Source: Octopus sinensis (taxonomy: Eukaryota). From it: a DNA stretch of 64,000 nucleotides. Positions 41,811-54,569 of this stretch are shown one piece after another; position 1 is the first letter of the stretch, and every line of letters begins with the position of its first letter. The notes beneath the pieces are model-generated. The model searched no databases and was not told the DNA's origin. It was given only the letters and a program-made list of their open reading frames with translations. The stretch lies in contig NW_021837039.1 in NCBI RefSeq assembly GCF_006345805.1, forward strand, positions 25,837 to 89,836. The letters run 5' to 3'. The position numbers and the translations under genes are program-made.

Positions 41811-42225
41811 GGTGGCGAGCTGGCAGAAACGTTAGCACGCCGGGCGAAATGCTTAGCGGTATTTCGTCTGCCGTTACGTTCTTAGTTCAAATTCCGCCGA
41901 GGTCGACTTTGCCTTTCATCCTTTCGGGGTCAATTAAATAAGTACCAGTTACGCACTGGGATCGATTTAATCAACTTAATCCGTTTGTCTGTCCTTGTTT
42001 GTCCTCTCTGTGTTTAGCTCCTTGTTGGTAGTAAAGAAATAGGTATTTCGTCAGTCTTTATGTTCTGAGTTCAAATTCCGCCGAGGTCGACTTTGCCTTT
42101 CATCCTTTTGGGGTCGAGAAATTAAGTACCAGTTACGCAGTGGGGTCGATGTAAACGACTTAATCCCTTTGTCTATCCTTGTTTGTCTCCTCTATGTTTA
42201 GCCCCTTGTGGGCAATAAAGAAATA
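41811..42225 (+). mobile_element. SINE family 1 head-to-tail dimer
   Basis: Unit 1 to 42042, unit 2 starts GTATTTCGTC. Flanking duplication (AG)ATGTGCTTGAT on both sides. Confidence 0.92.
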
Positions 42226-42303
42226 AGATGTGCTTGATTATGGTTATTAACAGCGATATGTACATTTATATATTAATTTCATTACAGACAAGCGAGCGTG
42301 CAC

Positions 42304-42533
42304 AAATCCCAATTGATGGACTGGAGCAGGTAAAATTCAGGCTACATATGTTTTCTAGCTAACAGAGCCTCAGAAGTCGTAACTTCTGAGCGTGGAGTAC
42401 TCCGCTATTTTCTCATCAGGCTGTAGCTAGTGGAGTATCCCTCACTGAATAGTTATAACTTCTGAGGGTCTTCTAGCTAGGAAAACATATGTAGCCTGAA
42501 TTTTACCTGCTCCAGTTCCCTCAATTGGGATTT
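42304..42533. mobile_element. MITE-like foldback with ~80-bp terminal inverted repeats
   Basis: AAATCCCAATTGA..CTGGAGCAGGTAAAATTCAGGCTACATATGTTTT and its reverse complement at the right end; no TSD recognised. Confidence 0.8.
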
Positions 42534-42765
42534 TTATTCGCATACATAGCAACCCTAGTTGTTGCTAACCGTGAACTATAGAATAACTTTTTTCAGCTTA
42601 TCGAACTTCGATATGGGAAAAATTTACAACCTTCTATGCCAATAAACTACTACCGTTCCCGAAAGCTGCTACCTATGTCTTCTACGGACTGCACGATGTA
42701 TACTAACTTCCTACATTCGGACCCTTGAATCTTACTCAGATACACACACACACAACACACACACA

Positions 42766-42818
<53 letters not shown>

Positions 42819-43013
42819 CAGCAATCTAACCACACGCATGCTATTTTCTTTCTTTTGACTTTCCTCGTTCTTCTTTCCGACGAAGATCTATGCTCAAAAC
42901 GTCCAGCTCTTTTCACCGAACGTCAAGCCCATACATTTCTTGTGTTGTCCTCTTGTCTGCCAAATTTATCACTTTTTTCTTTGTTTTTGAATTGATTGGT
43001 TATTTGAATTAAC

Positions 43014-43045
<32 letters not shown>

Positions 43046-43411
43046 TATATAAGTTCAGCAAAATTTATATTCAGATGAATATGGTACTTAAGTTAAAGGC
43101 ACCAGAATTGTGTATGGTATTATCCATATAAATCAAATGGGGTGATTATAACCAAAATAAGCATCAAGAATATCCAAGGTAGTGTAGTACAATTGTTTCT
43201 TGCTACTTCATTTTATTAAACACTGTAAGTATTACATCAGTTTTAAAATGTCGAGCAATCTTCAGCCACATATAGAATTTTTAAAATTAAACGGACAGTG
43301 CACATGATTATACTTATTTCATTTGCCAACATTACAAAGAGGGTAGATATATAGACAGAGAGGCTAATTTCATCATTAAGAACATGTAGTATGTTCTCCT
43401 CTGTAGATTTT

Positions 43412-43453
<42 letters not shown>

Positions 43454-44079
43454 AATTCAGTTTTTGTACATACATGTACACAAAGACACAGACACAGAGG
43501 CGCATGAAATCATATCACAGAATACAAATGTATTTACGATTGTGGATCTGTCCTTTTTCGGTTCTTATTTTTCATATTCCTTTCTGTGGGTTTTTTTCTG
43601 TTTCTGATTCTCTCTATTTTACCCTATCTTCTCCACCTTGCTGTCTTTATCTCTTGTATCATTCTTCTGTTTCTGTCTCCCCGCTTATTTTCTTACTGTT
43701 ACATTTACAAACGCATAAGCATTCACTCATGTATTTAAAGAATTGAAGCATTCTTTTTCCTTATTTATCAGCAGACAGCACCTTTGTAAATAAAAAAGTT
43801 ATCGTCTGTTAATTGCTTTGAGTCATATCGCTTTTGCTTGATCCCCGTGCTCTCCACGAATATGTTTAAAGTCAACATTGAAGATGAAGCACCTTATTAA
43901 ATTCATTGAGAAATATTAATTTCTTTTTCACTACTTATAAAATTGCACTTATACAATCATTTATCTCGAAGCGAGAAAGTCAGGTTCCTTAACAGGAAAT
44001 TCGTATTGTTTATACATTTTTCAGATTCTGGTGTTCACATTATCAATCACCATTATCAATCTTCGTGAAAAAGCCATCT

Positions 44080-45940
44080 AAATTTTAAATTGACGGCAAA
44101 ATACTTTATTAAACTCTTCAAAAAATATTCAACGCAGTCAAATTAGCTTCGCAAAGAGTTATGGGCGGTGGTACCGATCATTTAGAACTGAGTCACACTT
44201 TCTCAATAATAGTTCGTATTACCAAACTCTTTGAGAAGAGTCTGTATGGCACATATGCAATAAATGGTGACATTTTCATTCCTATATTCTTAACAACACA
44301 ATGCGGGAATATCAGGTAAGGATGAAACTTACAGCGATGATGTTGAATTGGCTGCCACCAGTGAATTGTACAATGTAGCAATTCAGGTTCATCGCAAAAA
44401 TGACGAATTATTCGTCTTAAGTTCACCATATGTAATCGAACGGTTACAGAAAGGAAAATGTTTGTATTATATAATAGTTCAACTGACAACGGCAACTGCG
44501 ATGCCGTCTTTCCCAAAACCATAAATGTTAAGGGAAAAGAAATATTACAAGACTGAAATGTGGTTGCAAAAATAAAAGCTTAGAAGAGAAGAAGAAAGCA
44601 CTAGAGATAAAGAAGGTAAAGTATTCAAAGAAAAAGTACAAGAATATTAAAAAAAAAACGACAAAGAAATAAAATTACAAGAAAGGACGGGAAATAAAAA
44701 TAAATAGAGCACAGGTGAGTGAAAAAGAGAGGAAAATAAGATTAAAAGAGCTGTGTTGTTGAGAAAATGTGTCGAAAATGTATGGACAGAATCTATAGCG
44801 ATTAATTACGATCCTAATCATGATTATATATCTGAAAATATTTTATCCCTGGGATCTACGTGTAAAACATGTAAAAAGTTTTTTTACACTAGAAAGTGGG
44901 ACAAGGAATCATTAGGTATATGTTATTCTAATGGTAATGTCCATTTTACCCATAATTGAGCCAGAATGATTTATAAAAACAAGTCTTCGTTTGAGTAGCA
45001 CTTCAAAATCAAAACATTTTAAACAATATTCGAACATGCAACTGTTTTCCAAATTCAATCATTTGGAGGTAAAAATATTGAGAGAAGTAAATTTATGTCG
45101 AAATTTAAAGTGCAAGGAAAAGATTTATCACGGAATTGGTTCCCTTAATAATCTTTTACAGAATAAAGATTCATAATTTTTTACGGATATTTATATCATA
45201 AAGGTTCGAAACGAAGCACAATGTCCGCAACTAGGACTGACCAGACACAAGAACTGAACTTATTTTAAAGCTGCAAGAAATGCTTAATAAAATGAAACTT
45301 TCATTAGAAGTTCTCGATATGCTTTAGAACGTCCTTGAACTCTGGAAGTTCGAAGTTTCCACTGATGTCGCCAGACGACCAGCAGGAGAACATGTATGCA
45401 CATTAAATGTTGCTGTGTGAGAAGTGGTAATTATTAGGGTTGGACAACAACATATTAAATGAGATATTGTTTTGAAGAATCCTGAAAGTAGCATCATATT
45501 CATGAATGAAACTCATCGTTTATTTCTTTCTTCAAAATATCCTTGCAATTTGTTAACGGAGATGTTGGATGTCCCTTCGGCACACCACAAGACGGAGGAA
45601 TCACTTCTCAAATATTGCTTTCTCTGTGGATTATTATGGTTATCGACTCGACTGATGCTTTGCATTAATTTGTTTGATCATCTTCATTACTTCCAAGATC
45701 TTTTCAGTAGATTGTTGTTGATATGTGGCAAAAACAAGTCGGAGAGATTATGTTACATAAAGTCGTATAAAAACCACATTTAGAATTGTACATACACTTA
45801 AGTGATAGCATCAAGAATGATATCGATCGGATGTAGCTCGCACAATTTTGTGTTCTCCCATCCAGTGTTACTGGAAGCCCAAAATATATGCATGAGAGGA
45901 CACAGGATGTCATCCCTTACGTACACAATAATGGACTAAG
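44080..45940 (+). mobile_element. Decayed Helitron 5' half: OTU-like domain followed by the N-terminal/pre-Rep region
   Basis: TYSDDVELAATSELYNVAIQV (OTU-like); NYDPNHDY..CKTC..KWDKESLGICYSNGNV; FQIQSFG..FMSKFKVQG; RPAGEH; NETHR..KYP; VLPSSVTGSPKYMHERTQDVIPYV. These are conserved Helitron blocks in the expected order. Confidence 0.8.
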
Positions 45941-46442
45941 TAGGTTTCAAATATCCAGATACGGTGCAAGGTTTGCTAAAAACAACATATGTTTTAGCAG
46001 ACATACTTAAATGCATAGCAAAGTGGCATAAACTACAGGAATTCAGAAAAGAAACGTCATTCCATAACTCTTGATAACGCCAACAAACATACACACATAT
46101 AGTCTTCATATGAATAGTATCAGACACATTCCTGTACATACCATTGCATATACACGCTCACAGAAATATACTTATATCAAAGTAGTTGTTAAATAAATAG
46201 TAATAATCCATCTTTTTCTTAAAGTGTTCAAATCAATCTACATCATTATTTTCGTATATGTATATATATACATATTTATATGCAGGCAATATTCACACAT
46301 GTACAGCCAACAGTTCATACTCTGTCAAGTTAAATTACTATTAATCCTAAGTTTTAGGATATACTATATTATAGTTAAGATTACATGTTATGTAAATGAA
46401 AACGACAAGCTAAAGTTGAGGAATCAGATATAAACAAATTAT

Positions 46443-46493
<51 letters not shown>

Positions 46494-46987
46494 CGTGCGA
46501 GTGCGCGCGCGTGTGAGTGTGGTTAACGTCATAAGAATTAAGAAACACCGAGAAAAAGAACGTGAAATAATTCTTGTTGTGACGGTGAATCATGAAGTAA
46601 ATAAAGCTATAAGTACATAGGTTAAAGACCTACATAAATAGAATAAGTCGAAGACTGACCTTATTACTCGAACCCACGTCGCTTGTAGATATGACATACG
46701 TTCTACTATTTGACCAAACCAATCCTCTTAATGTTTCAATCCATATTAAAAATGTCCGTCATATGTACAGAAGATGTGGGTTAGAGTCATACAGGCAGCT
46801 TTCGGCTATTTCTATCCAAACGATTCTTTTAAGCCAATATTTCCAACGTTCCAAAATATAATTATTTCATGTGTATGTATTATATCATTTTATACACGGT
46901 GAAGCATGAATAAAGACTGAAGTGAATATATCTACTTGAAAACCTTAGATGTAAATGGTAATGATAAGAACATGGTGGTATTTTCAA

Positions 46988-47220
46988 AGGCGGCGAGCTG
47001 GCAGAAACGTTAGCACGCCGGGCGAAATGCTTAGCGGTATTTCGTCTGCCGTTACGTTGTGAGTTCAAATTCCGCCGAGGTCGACTTTGCCTTTCATCCT
47101 TAGGGGTTCGATAAATTAAGTACCAGTTTCGTACTGGGGGTCGATGTAATCGACTTAATCCGTTTGTCTGTCCTTGTTTGTCCCCTCTGTGTTTAGCCCC
47201 TTGTGGGTAGTAAAGAAATA
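46988..47220 (+). mobile_element. SINE family 1 monomer, well preserved
   Basis: Complete head, core and tail; short diverged TSD GGTATTTTCA / GATATTCTCA. Confidence 0.93.
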
Positions 47221-47893
47221 GATATTCTCATTAGCAGAAAAAGAAGGGAGTCCTATTACGGAGGCTTTTCCCAGTTTATTAACGTCTCTTTAGGGGGTAA
47301 GTACGCGATTTTATCCCACAGTCTTTCCCTTAGAATATTAAAATGCTATGCAAAGCAGTCATATATTAAGTTATTACAATAGTTGATCGCATAATTAAAA
47401 TAATTGTGTTAATGATAGTTGGTTATTAATTAATCTGCATAAAACAGCGTAAGTCAGAGGCAGTAAATATATAACTACTAGAGATCGCTGCTGCGATAGT
47501 AAAAATATTTCTTCAATAATTTCAATGTCCGGTCACTCAGAAGTGCCATCTTATTTTGGGTATACAGGGATCGCAGAATCCTTGTCTTTTCATGCTTCTA
47601 GTTTCCTATCACAAACAGGCTTTCCAATATTTGTATTCGCTCCAATCTTATCTTCGCGCACGCGATCGTGTGTTTGCGCATGCGCTGAAACCTTGCAGCA
47701 ACCATTTTGTATTAATATCTGAAAATCTAAGCTTTCGCATTCGGCATTGGTCTGTCTTTCACATTCCTCTACCATCCTGAGGTATGTTTTTTTTTTTTGC
47801 AGTTCTTTGTAATTCCCGAATTACTGTTCCGTTATAATGTACGCGCACGTATATGCATATAGATACATACATATACTCACACACGCATATATG

Positions 47894-47924
<31 letters not shown>

Positions 47925-49065
47925 TCATATATGTGTGCTAATATTCCATATTCTACAATGTATAAATCAGACACCTGGTGATGTACTGGATGACATATGA
48001 CAAAATAAATCAATTGAAATTAGCCTTTTAGTAGTAGAAAGACAACAAACACCTTGCGGCAGCTTTTAGTCGCTGTCAAAGGAAACACGATTTAATTTTT
48101 AGAAATTAAAAATTAATTTTTGTCAAAGGAAATGCAATTTAATTTTAAGAAATTATAAATTAATTATATAAAATAAAACTTAATTTTTATGGTTAGTGGA
48201 AAAATCTGAATAATCTCCGAAGACAATTAAGAATAAAATACCAAGCTTAGAAATTTAGATTCCATTGTGCGTAGGTGTTGAAAATGGTAAGATAAATATT
48301 GAGTTGATTGTACACGGCCAATTGATAAGGTTGTTTCGTGATCGTAATGTCGTGGGTTCTATTCTTGGACGAGTGAAGCCATGTGTCTTCGCGTAGGCTC
48401 TTCATTTCACGCTGCTCTTGTAAACCTAGATCTCTTAGTGAAACGATCATATAACTAGTGCAGCTCTCCCCACGCCATCGTTCACATCTTTAATTTTCCA
48501 CTGGGCCTGGTCTGTGGTGGGGGTCTCAGAGTATATCTATTTCAGGCTACCTAAAACAATTAGCGAATGTGTAATAAAACCTATCAATTCCTACACGTTT
48601 TCGAGAGACAAAATAATATTTTCAGTTCAATTATTTCAGAACATTTCTCTATATTTTTCTCTAAATATGGTAATTTATGTTATTATATATATTCCTATTC
48701 TTTTGACGTATTTATTCTTTTAGGCTTTATGTTAGCAGTTGGAATTTTATCTTTAACTGATTTATAATTTCTCCATATTCTTTTTATGACTGTTATAAAA
48801 ATATTATAATAAAACACAGAAACACACACACACACTCTCTCTTTCTCTCTCTCTCACACACACATACTATGGCTGTAATGGATTCTATAGTCATTCGTAA
48901 TTTATTTGCCTACAAAGGCATGTGCATTGCAGACACCTACCTCTGTAGTTAATACATTTGTAATCGCACCATTTTGAATATTATGATGTATCCCTCTCTC
49001 ATCTCACTCCTCCCCCTCTCTCGCTCTCTGTGTCTCTTTACCTCTTCTTGCTATCTTCATAAATC

Positions 49066-49107
<42 letters not shown>

Positions 49108-49549
49108 TACTTGAACTGATGTTTGCATCAAGGTGTTATGCACCGATCTGATTTGCGCTTTGTAAATGTTGTGCACGCACACACACAACTACATACACAC
49201 ATACTCACATATATATATATCTACTTATGTATAGGCACATATGTATATATGTATATATTTATATATCTATCTATATCTTTCTATATATGTACACACACGC
49301 ACATATATAAATATATATATATGCACACACACATATATGCATGTATATATATGCATATGTTTATGTAGATATAAGTATATACATAAATATTTATGAATAT
49401 CATTGCTGTCCATGTAATGTGTGTCTATGTATGTATGTATGTATGTATGTATGTATGGATGTATGTATGTATGTATGTATGTATAAAAGTATATATGTTC
49501 ATATTTAACTCTATAATTTTGTGATTTCGTTCTTCTTGTACTACTGTTG

Positions 49550-50050
49550 CCTCGTAAGTCACATTTTATAAGCCAGCTTCCATTCGTCAGGCTTCGTCTT
49601 GGTATGCTGCGATTGCATCTATTTTTATTGACTGTTGGCTTCGAAATATATCTGTTTATGGATAGTATCGTGTGTTTTCTGTTTTTTTTTTTTTCATGCG
49701 GTGTTACTAACATTCTGCTTGTCGCAACTCAGGTGAGCTGCTTATGACACCTGTATGGTGATCAGTCTTATGAAGGTTTCGCCATGTTTCACGCATCCTT
49801 TACGTGATTTGACTGAGGGAATGATTCTTTTCCGGTTGAATTTCGTTTATCGTTTGTTTTTAAGGCTCCCAGGGTCTCCTAATAGAATATAGCAGCGTCA
49901 AAGAAAATTGATTAGTCGGATTATATTGCGGAGATTTTCCGGTTAATGTTTCTGATTGGCTTCTTAATGAGTGAAAGTGGGTAGTTTATGCACATGTTTA
50001 GATAATGGCTTGTTGTGAACTTGTTTGCACAATCGTTCTGGTACCTGTGA
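49550..50050 (-). mobile_element. Decayed Penelope-like element fragment
   Basis: Minus strand INYPLSLIKKPIRNINRKISAI*SD*SIFFDAAIFY*ETL resembles SNHPPVILSNLVSNVGRRISSISSDEAAFHNAAPYYDSAL at about 60360-60480. Confidence 0.5.
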
Positions 50051-50449
50051 TGTTACTACGTGGTTAAAACCAACCTAATATATAGGAAATTAAATGTGTG
50101 GACTTTGTTTAGATAGTTATGCTGCGATTTAAATGTTTGATAGCATTTATTTGGCATTTTATAAATTTATTTAAACGTACTAGAAACATTGAAAAAGTCT
50201 TCAGTCAACCCTGGATGGTACTAAAGGAGAACCTTAAACAGTGATCTAAAATAATCACAGCAGAACAGCATATGAAGCTAAATGATGAAAAGAAGAACAA
50301 ACAAATTAATAAGTTAATAAATGACTTGCTCTATTAAAGCATATAATGAGTACTTGCTCATTCGTGTGTTGACAAACAAGTGTATTTGATTACACACACA
50401 CACAAACACACATACACACAAACGCACGCACAAATACACACATACTCAC

Positions 50450-50625
50450 ATGCAGGAGTAGCTGTGTGGTGAGAAGCTTGCTTCCCAACAACTTGGTTCC
50501 GAGTTTAGCCTAACTTCGCCGAACCTTCGGCAAATGTTTCTACAATAGCCACGGGCTGACCAAAGCCTCGTGAGAGACTTTGGCTGAGGGAAACTGAAAG
50601 AAGCCTGTCGTATATAAAACACACT

Positions 50626-50694
<69 letters not shown>

Positions 50695-50910
50695 GTACAT
50701 AGTGTGTGTGTATCTTTCTGCCTTCCCACTACCAATTGACAACTAGTGCTGGTGTATTTATGGTCCCGTTACCTAGCGGTTCGGCAAAGACACCGGTAGA
50801 ATAGTTACTCGGCTTAAAAAGTAAGTCTTGGGTCAATTTGTTCGACTAAACACTTCAAGGTGGTGATCCAGCATGGCCGCAGTCAAATGACTGAAACAAG
50901 TAAAAGATAA
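50450..50910 (+). mobile_element. tRNA-headed SINE, family 3, with an internal microsatellite
   Basis: GCAGGAGTAGCTGTGTGGTGAGAAGC head...GACCAAAGCC..GGAAACTGAAAGAAGCC, then (CA/TG)n, then CCTAGCGGTTCGGCAAA...CAGCATGGCCGCAGTCAAATGACTGAAACAAGTAAAAG. Homologous pieces occur at 54570-54952 and 62998-63170. Confidence 0.8.
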
Positions 50911-50948
50911 TATATATACACTCACACACACACACACACACACACACA

Positions 50949-51085
50949 TGTATGTATGTATTTATGTATGTATGTATGTATGTATGCATGTATGTATGTA
51001 TGTATGTATGTATGTATGTATGTATGTATGTATGTATGTATGCATGCATGTATGTATGTATGTATGTATGTATGTATGTATGTTT
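50949..51085 (+). repeat. (TATG)n microsatellite
   Basis: Direct reading. Confidence 0.97.
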
Positions 51086-51310
51086 GTATGTATGTATATG
51101 TGTGTGAATGTATGTATATATATATATGTGTGTGTACCTGTATGTATATAAAGTATTCATTCTACAACAGATATGAAATAAATGGAATAAATACCGTACA
51201 GGATCAGTTCTTAGCATTAAATTTTCTTCACGTTGAAAATATCTCCCTTTCTCAGTCTATGTTTATTATTGCTCAGTTTTTGTTTACCTCCGAAGTGAGT
51301 ATATATATAT

Positions 51311-51501
51311 AGTTAATCCAAACATGAAAACACAAAGAGAAAACACAACAACGCGAGGACGTGGAACACGTATAGTGTTATTATACGCTCAGGAAAGGAA
51401 AGAAAGAAGGAGGATCTAACGTTTCGAGCGGAGCTCTTCGTCAGAAACATAGTAAAAGGAAATATCCAAGGAAGGGAACACGGAGGAAAAAAACGCCAAC
51501 G

Positions 51502-51503
<2 letters not shown>
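51311..51503 (-). mobile_element. ~190-bp dispersed repeat carrying a minimal hammerhead motif (copy 1)
   Basis: Same boundaries as 55451-55631. The minus strand contains CTGACGA-A-GAGC-TCC-GCTC-GAAAC-GTT at 51414-51448. Confidence 0.75.
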
Positions 51504-51535
<32 letters not shown>

Positions 51536-52284
51536 CGTATGAGAAAAGTTTGAGGTCATAAATCTTAGTGTGCATGTTGCGGACTAAGGAGTTTTTATTG
51601 TAGAAGAAAAATCATATTTTAACACACAAAGAAGTCATTTGCGCTGTTATTCAGCTCGTGAAAAATTTTATTAATCCCACCTTGTTTATACATAATACAT
51701 ACATACTTACATTTATATATATATATATAATATAAATAATATAAGGTATATATACATGTATATATGGGCACAGGACATAAAAAAACGTTGAACACAATGA
51801 GAAACGAAAACATAAAAACAAAACCATAGAAACGAACTTTTTTCGAACAACGAAAAAAACCCCAGAGAAACGAGACATACAACATAAAGAATATTCCCCT
51901 TCTGCAGTTGTCCCTGTTGCATCTCCTCCGCGTAACGAGGGCTAGGACAATATGCGACTTCGTTGAAACAGTCCTTCCCGCAAAGCAAATCAAATAAAAT
52001 TTGGGATTTGTTGCCGAAGGTTAAAGTGGTAATAAAAAACAGGACAGTGAGAACAAAACAATAAAACCAAACGGTGAGGGTTGTTAAGCCAAAACGATAG
52101 AAAAATTATATATATAAATATATATATATATTCACTTCCCGAACGTTAAACTAATACATCAATTTGGTGTGTACACCACCTGTCTTCGTCTTTTGTTTTT
52201 TTGTGAATTCTCCCTACATATATATATATAAATGTATATATACACACATACATACATATATACACATATATATGTATGTATATA

Positions 52285-52343
<59 letters not shown>

Positions 52344-52989
52344 ATAAATTAGTAATGCAATACTAGAGTATTGCTTTCCAGTAAAGAATAGCCCGTGAGG
52401 GAAAAATATACAAAGAAGTAAATATATGGCACAACGACGAGTACCGATATTTACTGGAAATAGCGAACGTAAAAATACGACGCTAATGTATAGCTCACCG
52501 CGTACGTACTAACAAAAATGTGTGTGTGCAGCAAACTAGAAAAAAATTGTCTTACCTCCAGGGAGAACATCTGAAAGATGAAATACCTGGAAAAGGATAA
52601 TGTGGGACCTGCGCAGGTTTCAGATTTTCAAGATATGTCTGCACCCATAAACTTGATCTATCTTCATCAGCCAAACATATAACACGACAACCTTTCAGAT
52701 GTTACCACATTAATGCATTACACTCGACTGAAACGCCGAAACGCTACAGCACGAGAACGGTGAAGAAGTTTCAATAAATTAGTGATGCAATACTAGAGTA
52801 TTGCTTTCCAGTAAAGAATAGCCCGTGAGGGAAAAATATACAAAGAAGTAAATATATGGCACAACGAAGTACCGATATTTACTGGAAATAGCGAACGTAA
52901 TAATACGACGCTAATGTATAGCTTCACCGCGTATGTACTAGCAAAAATGCGTGTGTGCAACAAACTAGAAAAAAATTGTCTTACCTCCA
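52344..52989 (-). mobile_element. Retrozyme/pseudo-LTR-like unit: ~216-bp terminal direct repeats (430-bp period) around a hammerhead ribozyme
   Basis: 52344-52560 and 52774-52989 are near-identical; a hammerhead lies in the spacer. Confidence 0.75.
52598..52682 (-). ncRNA. Type I hammerhead ribozyme motif with an extended stem II
   Basis: Minus strand: ATATGTTTGG-CTGATGA-AGAT[..TCAAG..TATG..CATA..CTTGA..]ATCT-GAAA-CCTGCGCAGG-TC^CCACAT. Core intact, GUC cleavage triplet, palindromic stem III. Confidence 0.8.
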
Positions 52990-53528
52990 TACAAATTGAG
53001 ATTGGAGTTGTAAATGCAACCCTCCATAGGATAACATATATCTAATATACTGCTAGTGAAGTATTCAAATCCAATAGTGTATTTATGTCACAAGGAAAAT
53101 TATTAACTGGAACCCGGACATACATATATACCGCTCTGGATCCTAATGTAAGCGTTATTAATAATATTATGAAAGATAATAATGATAACATTGATGGCAT
53201 TGACAACGATAATGATGCTAACTTTAATGACACTTTAGAAATTATTATGAAGTAATATAATGTACTATTGACTATGTATGTTTGAATCTAGGTACTAATT
53301 TGTGTATGTTTATTATCACAATATTAAGTCGAAAAACTAAGACATTGAATGTGGAACACATATATATGTTTACTAATTTATATTATTTATTTATATCATT
53401 ATGTAAATGTATATTTTTATATGTATAAGAGTGTGAGTATATGCACTTATATGTATATGTATATGTTGTATTGTGGGTATGCACCCACACTCATGTGGGT
53501 ATATATGTAGACTGAGTTATATTACATA

Positions 53529-53655
53529 ATCTCCGAAGAGGCCGTATGATATTTTTGTAAATGTCTCATTTATATCTATATATTGACCTACCATAAAGGG
53601 CTAATATTGGTAAAATGAGACATACTTATCTACATGGCCGAAACAACTGTAAGAT
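53529..53655 (+). ncRNA. Type I hammerhead-like motif with a ~100-nt stem II and a U4-to-C core change
   Basis: ATCT-CCGAAGA-GGCC[..ATGTCTCATTT..AAATGAGACAT..]GGCC-GAAA-CAACTGTA^AGAT. Confidence 0.65.
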
Positions 53656-54270
53656 ATAATCTATACTTATATTTATATTTACTTATATTTATATTCTTTT
53701 TTATATATATTCTACTTATTATACAACATTACTCTTTTATGTACACTTTTTTATGTACATTCCTTTATGTACACTGATTTGTTCTGCTTTCTATATTTAA
53801 CCCTGCAGTCTCTTATGTGGTGGTTTAATAAAGTATGTGATTGAGTATTATCTGGTAATTGATATTTGATTTAGATGTATTTCTCCATTTTCTTATCTTG
53901 TATATATATATATATATATATTCATACATCAATATCTATATGTATATGTATATATACAAATGAAATGTGGTCTGGTAATTATAGCATGTGTTTTAGACTG
54001 ATGTGACTCCGAACAAAATACGACAAAGTGCAACAGAGATGTGAAATCTGAATTCATCTTTGCCATATACGCTAACATGTGTTTAAGCGCTCCGTGCTGC
54101 TGTATGTCTTAGAGGCAATCACGCAGAATTACAGAAATTATTTACGTCTTCGCATATTGTTTTTTTTTTTTCCTCTGCGATGTATTTATAAAATGACAGC
54201 TTTCTACATTTGTACGTTCTTGATTTATTTACGAACAATTCAGGATGTCAGCAGCTGCTATATACATATA

Positions 54271-54322
<52 letters not shown>

Positions 54323-54569
54323 CATACATATATATTATATATATTATATATATATATATATATATACATATATATACATATATATACATATATGCTGCGG
54401 GCTAAATGAATGTATGCGTTGAGTTCAGCGATGACTGGCCTTGTGTGCAGTCACCCAAATATATATCTGACCACTGAGGTAACTTGCGGTGAATATAAAC
54501 TTCTTCTGATGTATTTGCTCTTACTTCTACTCTGTGGTTTAATTCCACTTGGTCTTTCATCTATTATCC

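Noticed and set aside
48310-48440. Very decayed tRNA-headed SINE
   Set aside because: Only weak A/B-box and core similarity; not supportable as a feature.
51930-51980. GAAACAGTC motif as a hammerhead in a dispersed repeat
   Set aside because: No CUGANGA core upstream.
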